DNA of 64,000 nt. It comes from Mariniblastus sp. (GTDB lineage: Bacteria > Planctomycetota > Planctomycetia > Pirellulales > Pirellulaceae). Where the stretch lies: NCBI GenBank assembly GCA_023300235.1, contig JALZWN010000034.1, positions 33,514 to 97,513 of the forward strand, in the 5' to 3' direction. The notes beneath the pieces were generated by a model. It worked only from the letters and a program-made list of their open reading frames with translations. It searched no databases and had not been told where the DNA came from. Below are positions 36,108 to 46,294 of the stretch, piece after piece (position 1 is the first letter of the stretch; every line of letters starts with the position of its first letter). The position numbers and the translations under genes were made by a program.

Positions 36108-36143
36108 AATCGTAGTCCAAATCGTAGTCCAAATCGCAGTCCA
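36108..36143. repeat. Non-coding 12-bp tandem repeat x3 (AATCG[T/C]AGTCCA)
   Basis: Read directly from the sequence: aatcgtagtcca aatcgtagtcca aatcgcagtcca. Confidence 0.8.
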
Positions 36144-36247
36144 AACTGCCTCTCCATGCGATCAACCACAAGGCGATCTTCATTTCAGCTCGCCTAAGCG
36201 CCGACGCCTGCCAGCTGATCGTTGCACGAAAATTTGGAAATCAACCG

Positions 36248-36994
36248 CTACCGCTGGAACGGTGCAACCGCTCCGTATCGCACCGGCTGACCCGGGTTAG
36301 CTGGCTGCTGTAAACCGGCAGGGACGGGCAGGGCAGCGACGCGATTTTGCAACGAAGCCACTCGCTGAGCCAATCCTTGCTGGCTACCATCCACCTGCAA
36401 CGCTCGAACATAATTGTCGATCGCCAAATGTGTCTCACCGGTCACCTCGCGAAGATGCCCCATCGCGACCAACGAACGAACATCGCCTGGATTCAAACGC
36501 AACGAATCTGCCAACAAATCCGTTGCTCGACGAGTATCCCCGTACTCCTGATACAACCGAGCCAGCTCAACCAATGGCTCGTTGCTGGTAGGATAACGCT
36601 GCTTCCATTGATTGATCAAATCAAACGCGTATTGCTCTTGGCCGGACTCAATCAACAACCCCGCTAATCCACGATGAGCATCGACATGTCGGTCGTTGAG
36701 CGAAATCGACTGTCGATAAAGCTGTTCTGCTTGACCAAGCCACTGTTTGTTTTTGGTTTGCTTTCCAAGAGCCCCGTAGCTGGCGGCCAAATTGTAATAG
36801 GCGTCCGCATTGTTGGGATTCGATTTTAGCGCCTGCTGGAACTCGTTGATCGCAACCGCGAACTGACCACGCTCAAACGCTTGACGGCCCACAGAATTAA
36901 AACGATCCGCTTGCAGCTTGCATCCGCTTTGGCAAATTGTGGCGCAGCCGACAACGGCCAAACAAACAGCAGAGATGATTCGACGTCGATCCAT
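36248..36994 (-). CDS. TPR-repeat lipoprotein
   Basis: 'MDRRRIISAVCLAVVGCATICQSGC' signal/lipobox-like N-terminus, then about 5 TPR units ('ADAYYNLAASYGALGK', 'VDAHRGLAGLLIESGQ', and others). Confidence 0.7.
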   Translation of the reverse strand: MDRRRIISAVCLAVVGCATICQSGCKLQADRFNSVGRQAFERGQFAVAINEFQQALKSNPNNADAYYNLAASYGALGKQTKNKQWLGQAEQLYRQSISLNDRHVDAHRGLAGLLIESGQEQYAFDLINQWKQRYPTSNEPLVELARLYQEYGDTRRATDLLADSLRLNPGDVRSLVAMGHLREVTGETHLAIDNYVRALQVDGSQQGLAQRVASLQNRVAALPVPAGLQQPANPGQPVRYGAVAPFQR

Positions 36995-37200
36995 GACGTA
37001 TTCCAAATTTCAATCGATAATCGCTTTAGCAAAATCCCGTAACAAAGTCGAATTTGTCCGGAAAACTCGCGTGACGTTAGCGAAATCGCACAGCAACGGC
37101 AAGTCCAGCTAAACAGGAGCGAAAGTCCAGCCGACCAACATCGACCCCAAACGCCTACCAAAGAAAGCAATGCTAGCAAGAAAACTCGGGACTGGCGGCT

Positions 37201-38037
37201 CTAAGCCACTTCTCGCAAACGCAATTGCTGCATCCCAATTTCAACCGCCGCCTTTTCGACTTCCATTTGCAAATCGGCGCCCCTGTCTCTTTTCAACCAA
37301 CCCAACGTGAAACAGACCGTTCCCTGCATCGAGCTGAGTGCCGGGATCTGCCCCGAATAATTTAGCATGGGCTGCAGCGATTCAAGCCGAGACTCCAAAC
37401 TCACCAGGTCCAATCTCACGTTCGACAAATCTCGAATCACCGCGACTTTCTCCTCGCCAACCAGCAACTCAGTTCCCGACACGACCAACCTTTCAAGCTG
37501 GCTTAGCGGATCCTCCGAATCCCAAAGTAAATCGCCAACCGCCAGCTCGCTGGACGTCATCAATAATTCATTAACCGATGCATCGACCGGAAACGACTGC
37601 GACTGATTCCCAACGGCCGCAACACTCACCACCGAATCGCCACTACCTTGATCGCCCCAATACTGCCCCGCGAAAATCGCCAAGGCCACCAAAGCAGCGA
37701 GCGTCAACGGAAGCTTCGCCCAGCCGAGCGTCGGCTGCATTCCCCAACCCGATCGATCACTCGCAGCGGCTGTCGTATCGATACGACCATCCACTTGCTG
37801 GCCACCAAACAACAACTCAAGCTGCTGGTACTGCTGCAAAACCTGTCGGCACTCCGAACAATCATCCGCATGCTCCTGCACTGCAGCATCGCTCGACAAA
37901 CGAACTCGATCGTCCATCAAGTGATTCACACGCTGCTCAAAACCATCGCAAGTAACCGCTTCATCTACGGTGCAGGATGCGCGAAGGCAATCAGATAGCA
38001 AATTTTTGTTAAAGGCGGACATTATTTTTCGTTTCAA
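37201..38037 (-). CDS. Putative anti-sigma factor (zf-HC2-like, single TM)
   Basis: Lies immediately downstream of the ECF sigma gene. 'HADDCSECRQVLQQYQ' motif; TM helix 'LPLTLAALVALAIFAG'. Confidence 0.6.
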   Translation of the reverse strand: MKRKIMSAFNKNLLSDCLRASCTVDEAVTCDGFEQRVNHLMDDRVRLSSDAAVQEHADDCSECRQVLQQYQQLELLFGGQQVDGRIDTTAAASDRSGWGMQPTLGWAKLPLTLAALVALAIFAGQYWGDQGSGDSVVSVAAVGNQSQSFPVDASVNELLMTSSELAVGDLLWDSEDPLSQLERLVVSGTELLVGEEKVAVIRDLSNVRLDLVSLESRLESLQPMLNYSGQIPALSSMQGTVCFTLGWLKRDRGADLQMEVEKAAVEIGMQQLRLREVA

Positions 38038-38085
38038 ACTACGTCACAAGGTAAAGGCAGGAGGGCGGAAACATCGAACGACCTG

Positions 38086-38637
38086 CTAAGATTTGCCGGC
38101 CACAACAACCTCTCGCATGGCAAGCTTTTGGACCAGCTCTTGTCGAGCCCGATGGACCCAAGTTTTGACCGTCCCCAACGGGACACCTAACTGCTCAGCG
38201 ATTTGTTGGTACTCCATCTGCGACCGATGAAACAACTCGAACGCGTTGCGATAATCATCTCTGATTCCTTGCAACGCCAAGTCCACTTCTTCCGCCAACA
38301 ACTGGCCTCGTTGAGCCTGCACGGAGCTATCTTCGACGGGATGCTCCAATGTGATTTCTTTGGGACGTCGTGTCCGTTTGGCCAGCCGAGTGCGACAGCG
38401 ATTGCCGGCGATGGTCAACAACCACGGTTCAAAGGCTCGCGTCGGATCCCAGCGATGAAGATTCCTCGCCACTCGCAAAAACGTCTCTTGCGTCGCGTCC
38501 TCCGCGTCCTCGCGTTGCCCAAGCATTCGGTAACACAGCCCATAAACCCGACCGCGAAAGCGCTGCAGCAGGTCGCCGAAGGCAGACTCATGTCCGTCCA
38601 GATAACGACCAACAATAATAGATAGTTCTTCAGCCAA
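38086..38637 (-). CDS. ECF (group 4) sigma-70 family RNA polymerase sigma factor
   Basis: Region 2 'DAEDATQETFLRVARNLHRWDP...FEPWLLTIAGNRCR'; region 4 'YQQIAEQLGVPLGTVKTWVHRARQEL'. TTG start preceded by an AAGGA Shine-Dalgarno sequence. Confidence 0.9.
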   Translation of the reverse strand: MAEELSIIVGRYLDGHESAFGDLLQRFRGRVYGLCYRMLGQREDAEDATQETFLRVARNLHRWDPTRAFEPWLLTIAGNRCRTRLAKRTRRPKEITLEHPVEDSSVQAQRGQLLAEEVDLALQGIRDDYRNAFELFHRSQMEYQQIAEQLGVPLGTVKTWVHRARQELVQKLAMREVVVAGKS

Positions 38638-38883
38638 TGGAAAATTCCTTGATACACCAGGTCTGTTGTATATACCTAGGTTAGCCGACCACAGTTTCGA
38701 TCTACGGGAAAAATCCTACAAAAAACTCCGCAGCAACCAACGCAGAGCTCTTCGCGATCGATTGACGACTCTTGGGCTCTCCCCACGTCATCGGCTTTCT
38801 GCCTGTGATCTTAAACACACAGCATACGGTTTAGACGCACTAAAAACCAATAACTAACGCGAATCATCGACGCCTAAAGAGCT

Positions 38884-39591
38884 TTATCGGCGTTTAAACA
38901 ACTTTTTCAGCACATCGTCGGCCGCCGTGGTCGAATTGCCCTCTCGTTTTTCTTCTGGCTTGGGCAGCTTTTGGGGAAGCTTCTTTGGCGTGGACTTTCC
39001 TTTAGAACTCCCCGAATCAGCCTCGGCTTCTGCGGCTGCCTTTTCTTCTGCCTCCTTGCGACGCTGCTCGTCTCGCCAAGCCTTCCCTTTACCAAAGACC
39101 GACGTGTCTTCCAGTTTCAATTGCAACGTTTCCGCAGAAGAAATCTTGTTTCGTTCACTCGTGTCCGGATCGTTCTCGTCATCCATCAACCAGTCAGAGA
39201 TACTGTCCTCCAGCGACATCTTTTTCTTCGTCGTGGCAGCACGCGAAGCAGCCTCGACCACGCCTTTTACCTTCGGTTTCTTCTGACCAGCCAGTGCATG
39301 ATCAACAATGACCTCAAACTGCAACCGGCCAACTCGCAACGAATCACCTGAACTAGCATCATGAGGGCTGTCTAACTTCAGCCCATTCACGTAAGTACCG
39401 TTCCGACTCTTCAGGTCACTAATCCGGACGACACCATCGCCAACCAATATCTCGCAATGCTCACGACTGACCAGATCACTCGATGGACGCAGATGAGCCG
39501 TCTCGCCGCGCCCGATAATGAACCGAGGAACCGCAATTTTGATCTGCCTTCCGTCGTTCTTGCCGCCGATAACCTTTAGAGTTACTTGCAT
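38884..39591 (-). CDS. FHA domain protein with K/E-rich tail
   Basis: 'FIIGRGETAHLRPSSDLVSREHCEILVGDGVVRISDLKSRNGTYVNG'. Confidence 0.85.
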   Translation of the reverse strand: MQVTLKVIGGKNDGRQIKIAVPRFIIGRGETAHLRPSSDLVSREHCEILVGDGVVRISDLKSRNGTYVNGLKLDSPHDASSGDSLRVGRLQFEVIVDHALAGQKKPKVKGVVEAASRAATTKKKMSLEDSISDWLMDDENDPDTSERNKISSAETLQLKLEDTSVFGKGKAWRDEQRRKEAEEKAAAEAEADSGSSKGKSTPKKLPQKLPKPEEKREGNSTTAADDVLKKLFKRR

Positions 39592-40050
39592 TCCCTACGC
39601 CCTTCATTTTTAACGGTTTCGACCTCTAAATCGAAACTAAAGATTTGCCGCAACGCAAACTAATATACAATATTTATATCGGCGGCGACCACCCAAAACA
39701 ATTATGGCTTGCAGACGCTTTGTGTCAAATCCCCGTGAAAAAGACCGGATGTCCCATCACCACCAACCGTTTTCACGGGCTGCTACATTCTTCACAAAAT
39801 GTACCGCTCGCCACCATCTTACAGCCTGAGCCCACACCGAACACCCCCAGTCGACCCGCCAAACCACCCATTCCACCAAGTCTGCCAGCTTTCTAAACGT
39901 TTGAATTAGTTTCTTTTTAACAAGATTGCGGCGATGCTCAAACCCAACCGCTGGTCAGCTAGCCTTCCCGGTGCATAATCATCCAAGCACGACTACTGGC
40001 TAAGGCAGCAACACAACCTCTATAAAGTTCCCCGAACAAAACCATTTGCA

Positions 40051-40830
40051 TCACCGCTTTTGCGTCCATGCATCCGCGCCGAACGTCAATGCTTCGATCT
40101 CTTTCGCCAACCCAACTTCTGCCGCAGTCAAAACCGCAGAAGTGAACTCAAACCCAAGTGCGGCCCCCAATGCCTCCGTCAACCGCTGCGAAAAATCCTC
40201 GAACGACAACTGATTGCCGCTGAGCTCCAATAGGCCCGGTAGTTCCGGCCCAAAATCGGATTGCCGCAACAACAGGCTTCCGTGCTGCAACAACGAATGC
40301 TTCAAACGCCGTTGAGCACTCCCGAGCACCTTTACGCCATCGGAAACTAGATCTCCATCAGACCGCCGTTGAAAACACAAAAACGCGGTTGGGTCGATTG
40401 CAACTTTTTCCGATTCAGCCGAGTCATCTGACTGGCTGGCGGCGTCTTTAAACAACCGAGATCCAATCCCATCTTCGGCCAACAATTTGATCACCACCCG
40501 GTGCACCAGATCGTACAGCTCCGAAGTTTCTTTGGACCAGCGATGGCTACTTGGGATCGCCAAGCTGTAGGTCAGCTCTTGGTCGTGCATAATCGCACCA
40601 CCGCCACTTCGCCGACGCACCACTGGACAAGACTCACTGGCCGCATGTGACTGCCGATCTTCGTACTTTTGAAAGTACCCTAACGACAACGTCGGTTCCG
40701 CCCAAGCATAAAGCCGAAGCGTAACCACGCCATCCCGTTCGGCCGACATCAACAACGATTGATCGACCGCCATGTTCCAAGCACCGCCGCCGGGCGAATC
40801 AAAAATCACTCGTGCGGGAACCGTACTCAT
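40051..40830 (-). CDS. Lipoate-protein ligase / octanoyltransferase family protein (BPL_LplA_LipB domain)
   Basis: '[19 protein letters not shown]', 'KVLGSAQRR'. The start overlaps the gcvP stop by 4 nt. Confidence 0.8.
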   Translation of the reverse strand: MSTVPARVIFDSPGGGAWNMAVDQSLLMSAERDGVVTLRLYAWAEPTLSLGYFQKYEDRQSHAASESCPVVRRRSGGGAIMHDQELTYSLAIPSSHRWSKETSELYDLVHRVVIKLLAEDGIGSRLFKDAASQSDDSAESEKVAIDPTAFLCFQRRSDGDLVSDGVKVLGSAQRRLKHSLLQHGSLLLRQSDFGPELPGLLELSGNQLSFEDFSQRLTEALGAALGFEFTSAVLTAAEVGLAKEIEALTFGADAWTQKR

Positions 40831-43727
40831 TCTTCTGTCTCGTAATCAGACATCGGTGGGCAAGAACAAACGAAGTTACGATCGCCGTAAACATCATCCA
40901 CTCGATTAACCGCCGGCCAAAACTTCGACGCTCGTGTCGCTGCGGTCGGGAACACCGCCTGCTCACGCGAGTAAGCCCGCGTCCAATCGGCTTGCACCAA
41001 ATCATCCATCGTGTGTGGAGCCTGGTGCACGACGCAATCTTCCGCCGAAACTTCACCTCGTTCAACCGCTCGAATTTCTTCGCGAATACCGATCATCGCA
41101 TCGCAGAAACGATCCAATTCCTCTAACGACTCACTCTCGGTTGGCTCGATCATCATCGTTCCTCCCACCGGCCAAGACATCGTTGGAGCATGGAAACCAT
41201 AATCCATCAAACGCTTGGCGATATCGACTTCGGTGATCCCGGTCGCTTCTTTGATCGGCCGGATATCGATGATGCACTCATGAGCCACGCGACCGTTACT
41301 GCCTTTGTACAACACCGGGAAATGCTCTTCCAATCGAGCCGCGATGTAGTTCGCGTTCAGGATCGCCAGCTGAGTTGCTTTTCGTAGTCCCGCTTCACCC
41401 ATCATCGCGATGTAAGCCCAAGAGATCGGCAGAATCGCAGCGCTACCGTACTGAGCCGCCGAAACCGCGCCGTTGTTTTCATCACTCAACCCATCGATCG
41501 GTTGCACGACATGGTTTGGCAAAAACGGAGCCAAGTGAGCCTTCACGCCGATCGGCCCCATCCCCGGGCCACCGCCGCCGTGCGGAATGCAGAACGTTTT
41601 GTGCAAGTTCAAGTGCGACACGTCCGAACCGAACTTCCCCGGCGCGGCGATACCGACCAACGCGTTCATGTTCGCACCGTCCATGTAAACCTGACCACCG
41701 TGCTCGTGCACAAGATCACAAGCCTCGATAACCGTCTCTTCAAACACCCCGTGCGTGCTCGGATAAGTAATCATCAAACTCGACAACCGCTCGCTGTGCT
41801 GTTCTGCTTTAGCTCGCAAATCATTCAAGTCGATATTGCCGTCGTCGTCAGTTTTTACAACGACCACTTTCAAGCCCATCATACTCGCGCTGGCCGGATT
41901 GGTGCCATGAGCAGAACTTGGGATCAGACAAACGTCACGTTCACCTTGCCCTAAACTCTCGTGGTAACGCCGGATCGCCAACAACCCCGCGTACTCACCC
42001 TGCGCACCCGAGTTTGGCTGCATCGACATCGCGTCGTAGCCGGTAATCTCGATCAACCAATCACGCAACTGATCGACCATTTGCTGGTAGCCAGGCCATT
42101 GACTTGCAGGAGCAAACGGGTGCATGTTGGCAAAACCGTCGAACGTCACCGGAATCATTTCAGCAGTCGCGTTCAACTTCATTGTGCAAGACCCCAGTGG
42201 AATCATGCCATGAGTCAACGAGAAGTCTCGGTTTTCCAAACGCTTCAGATAACGCAGCATTTCTGTTTCACTGTGATAGCGATTGAAAATGGGATGCTCG
42301 AAAAACGGCGTCTCACGTTTTAGCTCTTGCAAACCAACCGTCCCGAACCCTGCCACCGCAGGCTCCACCTTATCTGCATCTGCAACACCGAACGCGTTCA
42401 ACAACGCCCGCACATCGCACGCCGTCGTAGTCTCATCAAAGCTAAACCCAACTTGCGACGGCCCCACCAAACGTAAATTCAAATTGAACTCAACCGCCGC
42501 CCGATCCACGATCGCTTGAGCCTCTTCGGCCTCGAACAAAGCCGTGTCAAAGAAGTCGTCATGCACCAACTTAAAACCAGCTTTGCCCAACTGCTCAGCC
42601 GCCCAACTCGCCAACCCATGCGTCCGCTGCGCGATCGCCTTGACGCCCTCCGGCCCGTGGTACACGGCATAGAACACCGCCATATTGGCCAGCAACGCCT
42701 GAGCCGTACAAATGTTCGAAGTCGCTTTATCGCGTCGAATATGTTGTTCACGAGTCTGCATTGCCATTCGCAACGCGGTCTTGCCGTTGCGATCTTTCGA
42801 TACCCCGATCACTCGACCCGGCATCGAACGCTTGAACTTATCGCGAGTCGCAAAGAACGCCGCGTGCGGACCGCCGAAACCCATCGGCACACCAAATCGC
42901 TGAGCACTCCCGAGCACAATATCGGCGCCCATTTCGCCTGGCGGCTTCAACACGGTCAACGCCAACAAATCGCTTGCCACCGCGACCAATCCCTTGTTCG
43001 CCTGCACCTGCTCAATGATCGGTGTCAAATCTCGAACTTGCCCCGTCGTTCCCGGATACTGCAACAACGCACCAAACACATCGTGCTCGCCCACCGTTTC
43101 CGCAGCTGCAACAACCAACTCAAACCCAAAGTAATTCGCTCGCGTTTGCACCACGTCCAAAGTGTGAGGATGCACGTCGTCCGCGACAAAGAACAAGCTC
43201 GACTTGTGCTTACTGGCTCGCTTACACAACGCCATCGCCTCAGCCGCCGCCGTCGCTTCATCCAACAGCGACGCATTCGCGATCTCCATGCCCGTCAGAT
43301 CCATCACCATCTGCTGGAACGTCAATAAACTCTCCAAACGCCCCTGAGCAATCTCGGCCTGATAAGGCGTATAAGCCGTGTACCAACCAGGATTCTCTAA
43401 AACGTTTCGCAAGATCACGTTCGGTACATGCGTCCCGTAGTAACCCATGCCAACCATCGATCGCTTAACTTGGTTAGCCTGCGCAAGCTGCCGCAATATA
43501 TCGATCGCTTGGTTTTCGCTAACCGCCGCTGGCAAATCCAAATCACGCCCCAGCAAAATACTTTCGGGAACGGTCGTGGCCATCAGATCATCCAGTGACT
43601 TAGCACCAACCACTGAAAGCATCGCATCGACGTCGGCCGCATTGGGGCCGTTGTGCCGTCGAGCAAAATCGTCATTGAGATCCATGGGGACATTAACTCT
43701 GGGAGTATCAACCGATTGAACAGACAT
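40827..43727 (-). CDS. gcvP: Glycine dehydrogenase (decarboxylating), single-chain P-protein
   Basis: 966 aa. '[15 protein letters not shown]', and the PLP-lysine region '[22 protein letters not shown]'. Confidence 0.95.
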   Translation of the reverse strand: MSVQSVDTPRVNVPMDLNDDFARRHNGPNAADVDAMLSVVGAKSLDDLMATTVPESILLGRDLDLPAAVSENQAIDILRQLAQANQVKRSMVGMGYYGTHVPNVILRNVLENPGWYTAYTPYQAEIAQGRLESLLTFQQMVMDLTGMEIANASLLDEATAAAEAMALCKRASKHKSSLFFVADDVHPHTLDVVQTRANYFGFELVVAAAETVGEHDVFGALLQYPGTTGQVRDLTPIIEQVQANKGLVAVASDLLALTVLKPPGEMGADIVLGSAQRFGVPMGFGGPHAAFFATRDKFKRSMPGRVIGVSKDRNGKTALRMAMQTREQHIRRDKATSNICTAQALLANMAVFYAVYHGPEGVKAIAQRTHGLASWAAEQLGKAGFKLVHDDFFDTALFEAEEAQAIVDRAAVEFNLNLRLVGPSQVGFSFDETTTACDVRALLNAFGVADADKVEPAVAGFGTVGLQELKRETPFFEHPIFNRYHSETEMLRYLKRLENRDFSLTHGMIPLGSCTMKLNATAEMIPVTFDGFANMHPFAPASQWPGYQQMVDQLRDWLIEITGYDAMSMQPNSGAQGEYAGLLAIRRYHESLGQGERDVCLIPSSAHGTNPASASMMGLKVVVVKTDDDGNIDLNDLRAKAEQHSERLSSLMITYPSTHGVFEETVIEACDLVHEHGGQVYMDGANMNALVGIAAPGKFGSDVSHLNLHKTFCIPHGGGGPGMGPIGVKAHLAPFLPNHVVQPIDGLSDENNGAVSAAQYGSAAILPISWAYIAMMGEAGLRKATQLAILNANYIAARLEEHFPVLYKGSNGRVAHECIIDIRPIKEATGITEVDIAKRLMDYGFHAPTMSWPVGGTMMIEPTESESLEELDRFCDAMIGIREEIRAVERGEVSAEDCVVHQAPHTMDDLVQADWTRAYSREQAVFPTAATRASKFWPAVNRVDDVYGDRNFVCSCPPMSDYETEE

Positions 43728-43854
43728 ATTTCAGTAACGCTTATGATTTCAAAGGATAGGGCAGGGCACTGCTGCGGGCGGGGGTCGTTGCCGAAGCGCA
43801 GAGTGGACCAGTCAATTAGTTTTAAAACAAATCACCAGGCGATTCGAACGCAGC

Positions 43855-44238
43855 CTAGCTGGCTTCGTCACATTGTTTTTGATAGTCGGTATACGACAAC
43901 AGTTTGTCGACGCCGGTGTCGCCATTCATTTTGACTTTGATAATCCAGCCCGCTTCGTAAGGGTCGGTGTTCAAAGTTTCCAAGCTGTCGACGATCGAAG
44001 AGTTTACTTCTACGATTTCACCGGCGACGGGCGAGTACATTTCGCTGGTTGCTTTGACCGATTCGACTTCGCCAAAGGCTTGCCCGACATCGACCAAATC
44101 GCCGACCGACGGCAACTCCATGTAAACCAAGTCCGTCAACGCTTCGACCGCGTTGGCAGAGATACCGATTGTGGCGACACCGTCTTCGACAGCAGCCCAT
44201 TCGTGCGTGTCAGCAAAAAGCAAGTTTTCAGGATTCAA
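43855..44238 (-). CDS. gcvH: Glycine cleavage system H protein
   Basis: 'ADTHEWA', lipoyl-lysine motif 'GEVESVKATSEMYSPVAGEIVEVN'. I chose the TTG start at 44238, 8 nt after GGAG, which gives a typical 127 aa; the ORF is open to 44301. Confidence 0.9.
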   Translation of the reverse strand: MNPENLLFADTHEWAAVEDGVATIGISANAVEALTDLVYMELPSVGDLVDVGQAFGEVESVKATSEMYSPVAGEIVEVNSSIVDSLETLNTDPYEAGWIIKVKMNGDTGVDKLLSYTDYQKQCDEAS

Positions 44239-44328
44239 AGCACTAACTCCGTTTGAATTTAAAGTGAAATTATTTTGATGAGATCGGCAGCCCAAAAGCA
44301 AGCGATCGTTTGTGTTTCTTAGATGTAT

Positions 44329-45453
44329 CTAGCTAGGCCGCTTATAAAACGGGACTTCAACCACGACCGCCGGGTGTGATTTGCCGCGAATATCGACCGT
44401 GACCTCCGTACCCAGCTCTGTGGCTTCTGGCAGCAAATAGGCCATCGAAATTGATTTTTGAAGTGTCGGAGCGAACGTTCCGCTGACCACGGTGCCGACG
44501 TTCTTCTCGCCAACAAAAACGGTACAACCTTCGCGAGCCGCTCGACGGCCCTCCAACTGTAAACCGACTCGCACAGGCAACGAAGAATCTTTCATCGCCG
44601 CGACAATCGCCGCCTTGCCAGTGAACTCACGGTCCTTCAACTGCATCGCAAACCGTAAATCAGTCTGCGCCGCGTTGACATCTTCGCCCAGCTCGTGACC
44701 GTACAACGGCATACCGGCTTCTAACCGCAGCGTATCGCGACAAGCCAAACCAGAAGCTCCGCCGCCGATTTCTTGAGCGGCCGCGTAAACCTTTTCCCAG
44801 ATCTCTAACGCAATCGACGCATCGCACATGATCTCACAACCGTCCTCGCCGGTGTACCCAGTCCGCGTCAAAATCACGTCGCCTAACAGCTGACAAGACG
44901 TACCTGTGTAGTAGCCGAGCGTATCCGGATCAACCGACGACAACTTGGCCACGACTTGATTCGCGGCCGGGCCTTGGACTGCGATCATCGCGGTGGATTC
45001 GGTTCGGTCGTCCAGCTTGATTGCTCGGCCGCCGATATGTTGCTCCAGCCACGCCACAATCTTGGCGCGGTTGCTGGCGTTACAAACCATCATCCAAAAT
45101 GGCTGATCGCCACTGGCATCGGGCAAGTAATAAACCAACACGTCATCAAGAATTCCGCCGGTTTGACTGCAAACCAACGAGTAACGGATTTTCCCAGGCG
45201 CGATTCCAGCGACGCGACGAGTCGTCAGACCGTCCAGCCATTGACCGATTTCTTCGCGATCGCCCGAAAACCAAATTCGGCCCATGTGAGAAACGTCGAA
45301 CATCCCGATCGCTTTTCGCGTCTGGTGGTGTTCGTCCATGATGCTGGAATACTGCACAGGCATCTCCCAACCTGCAAAGTCGACCATCCGGCCTCCGTGG
45401 TTAACGTGCCATGGATGCAATGGTGTTTGCAAAAGTTCAGCGGATTTTTTCAA
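44329..45453 (-). CDS. gcvT: Aminomethyltransferase (glycine cleavage T protein)
   Basis: 'LQTPLHPWH...DFAGWEMPVQY', 'FDVSHMG', 'TGYTGEDGCEI'. I chose the TTG start at 45453 ('MKKSAELLQTPL'); the ORF is open to 45597. Confidence 0.9.
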   Translation of the reverse strand: MKKSAELLQTPLHPWHVNHGGRMVDFAGWEMPVQYSSIMDEHHQTRKAIGMFDVSHMGRIWFSGDREEIGQWLDGLTTRRVAGIAPGKIRYSLVCSQTGGILDDVLVYYLPDASGDQPFWMMVCNASNRAKIVAWLEQHIGGRAIKLDDRTESTAMIAVQGPAANQVVAKLSSVDPDTLGYYTGTSCQLLGDVILTRTGYTGEDGCEIMCDASIALEIWEKVYAAAQEIGGGASGLACRDTLRLEAGMPLYGHELGEDVNAAQTDLRFAMQLKDREFTGKAAIVAAMKDSSLPVRVGLQLEGRRAAREGCTVFVGEKNVGTVVSGTFAPTLQKSISMAYLLPEATELGTEVTVDIRGKSHPAVVVEVPFYKRPS

Positions 45454-45858
45454 GCCGTCAACCTTTCTTCGTGTCGGGCGATATACGTAGATGCCGTCCA
45501 AATCACACAGTTTCCTCGGGCAACGATTTTGCTCCGAAGGTGGATTTGGCTCAGCGGCCGTTTTTGGATGTAAAAGAACTGCCCCAATTCTACCCACGCC
45601 GATCGCCTTGGCTAGGCGTCCTAACTGCCTACTCTACCAATTTCGCCGCAATGGCAATCCGTTTCGACCAAGTATTATCGACCACGTAATATATACCGGG
45701 ACACATCGCCGCACGCTCCGCCCACAGTCCGGCGTGCTAGATCGAGCCACGAATCCCGAAGAGATGCAGTGCTTTGGGCCCCGTGGGCTCCGTGGGCCTA
45801 GGATGACGAAACAGCCGGAGCCAAGATCCGATGGGGAGACCGGGGTCGACAAAGCGAA

Positions 45859-46278
45859 CTAAACCAACCAACGCCACAGAAAATACCCCGCCGCCGCCAC
45901 CGCTAAACTCGTGATCGCCGAAACGACTTGCAACCGGCCGCTATAAAACCCACGCGTCGTCAGCTCCAACCGAAAATAACCACAAGCCACCGCCAGCAAC
46001 AGCAATACCACGCCACCCAAAATCGCAGCAGTCACCAAACGCTTTTTCAACCTTCGCTCCCGGTCCGTTACCCCAGCGACTGTTTCGGCATCCCCGGCAC
46101 CTCCGGCCTCATCCCCATCGACCAACGCCGCTTCGGAAACGGAAACCTGAACCAAACAAACCGTCGCCGCACCAGCCGTTGACAGCAGCCCGGCGGTCAC
46201 AAACAACAGCAACAAACCGATCAGCCTAGCCAAACGCAGCCTAGCCAAACACAGCCTAGCCAAACGCAGCCCACTCAT
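45859..46278 (-). CDS. Hypothetical small membrane protein with N-terminal (R/C)LARL repeat
   Basis: ATG at 46278. 'MSGLRLARLCLARLRLARL' followed by hydrophobic helices. Lies directly downstream of the kinase gene. Confidence 0.4.
   Translation of the reverse strand: MSGLRLARLCLARLRLARLIGLLLLFVTAGLLSTAGAATVCLVQVSVSEAALVDGDEAGGAGDAETVAGVTDRERRLKKRLVTAAILGGVVLLLLAVACGYFRLELTTRGFYSGRLQVVSAITSLAVAAAGYFLWRWLV
46222..46271. repeat. In-frame 15-bp tandem repeat, 3.3 copies (CAGCCTAGCCAAAC[G/A])
   Basis: Read directly at 46222-46236, 46237-46251 and 46252-46266, plus a partial copy. Confidence 0.85.
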
Positions 46279-46294
46279 TCGCGGATTCACCACC

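Noticed and set aside
42516-43328. 270-aa plus-strand ORF inside gcvP. Other antisense ORFs lie at 41375-42323, 43022-43468 and 44956-45573.
   Set aside because: gcvP and gcvT on the minus strand are unambiguous. These antisense frames are R/H/Q-rich, low-information translations.
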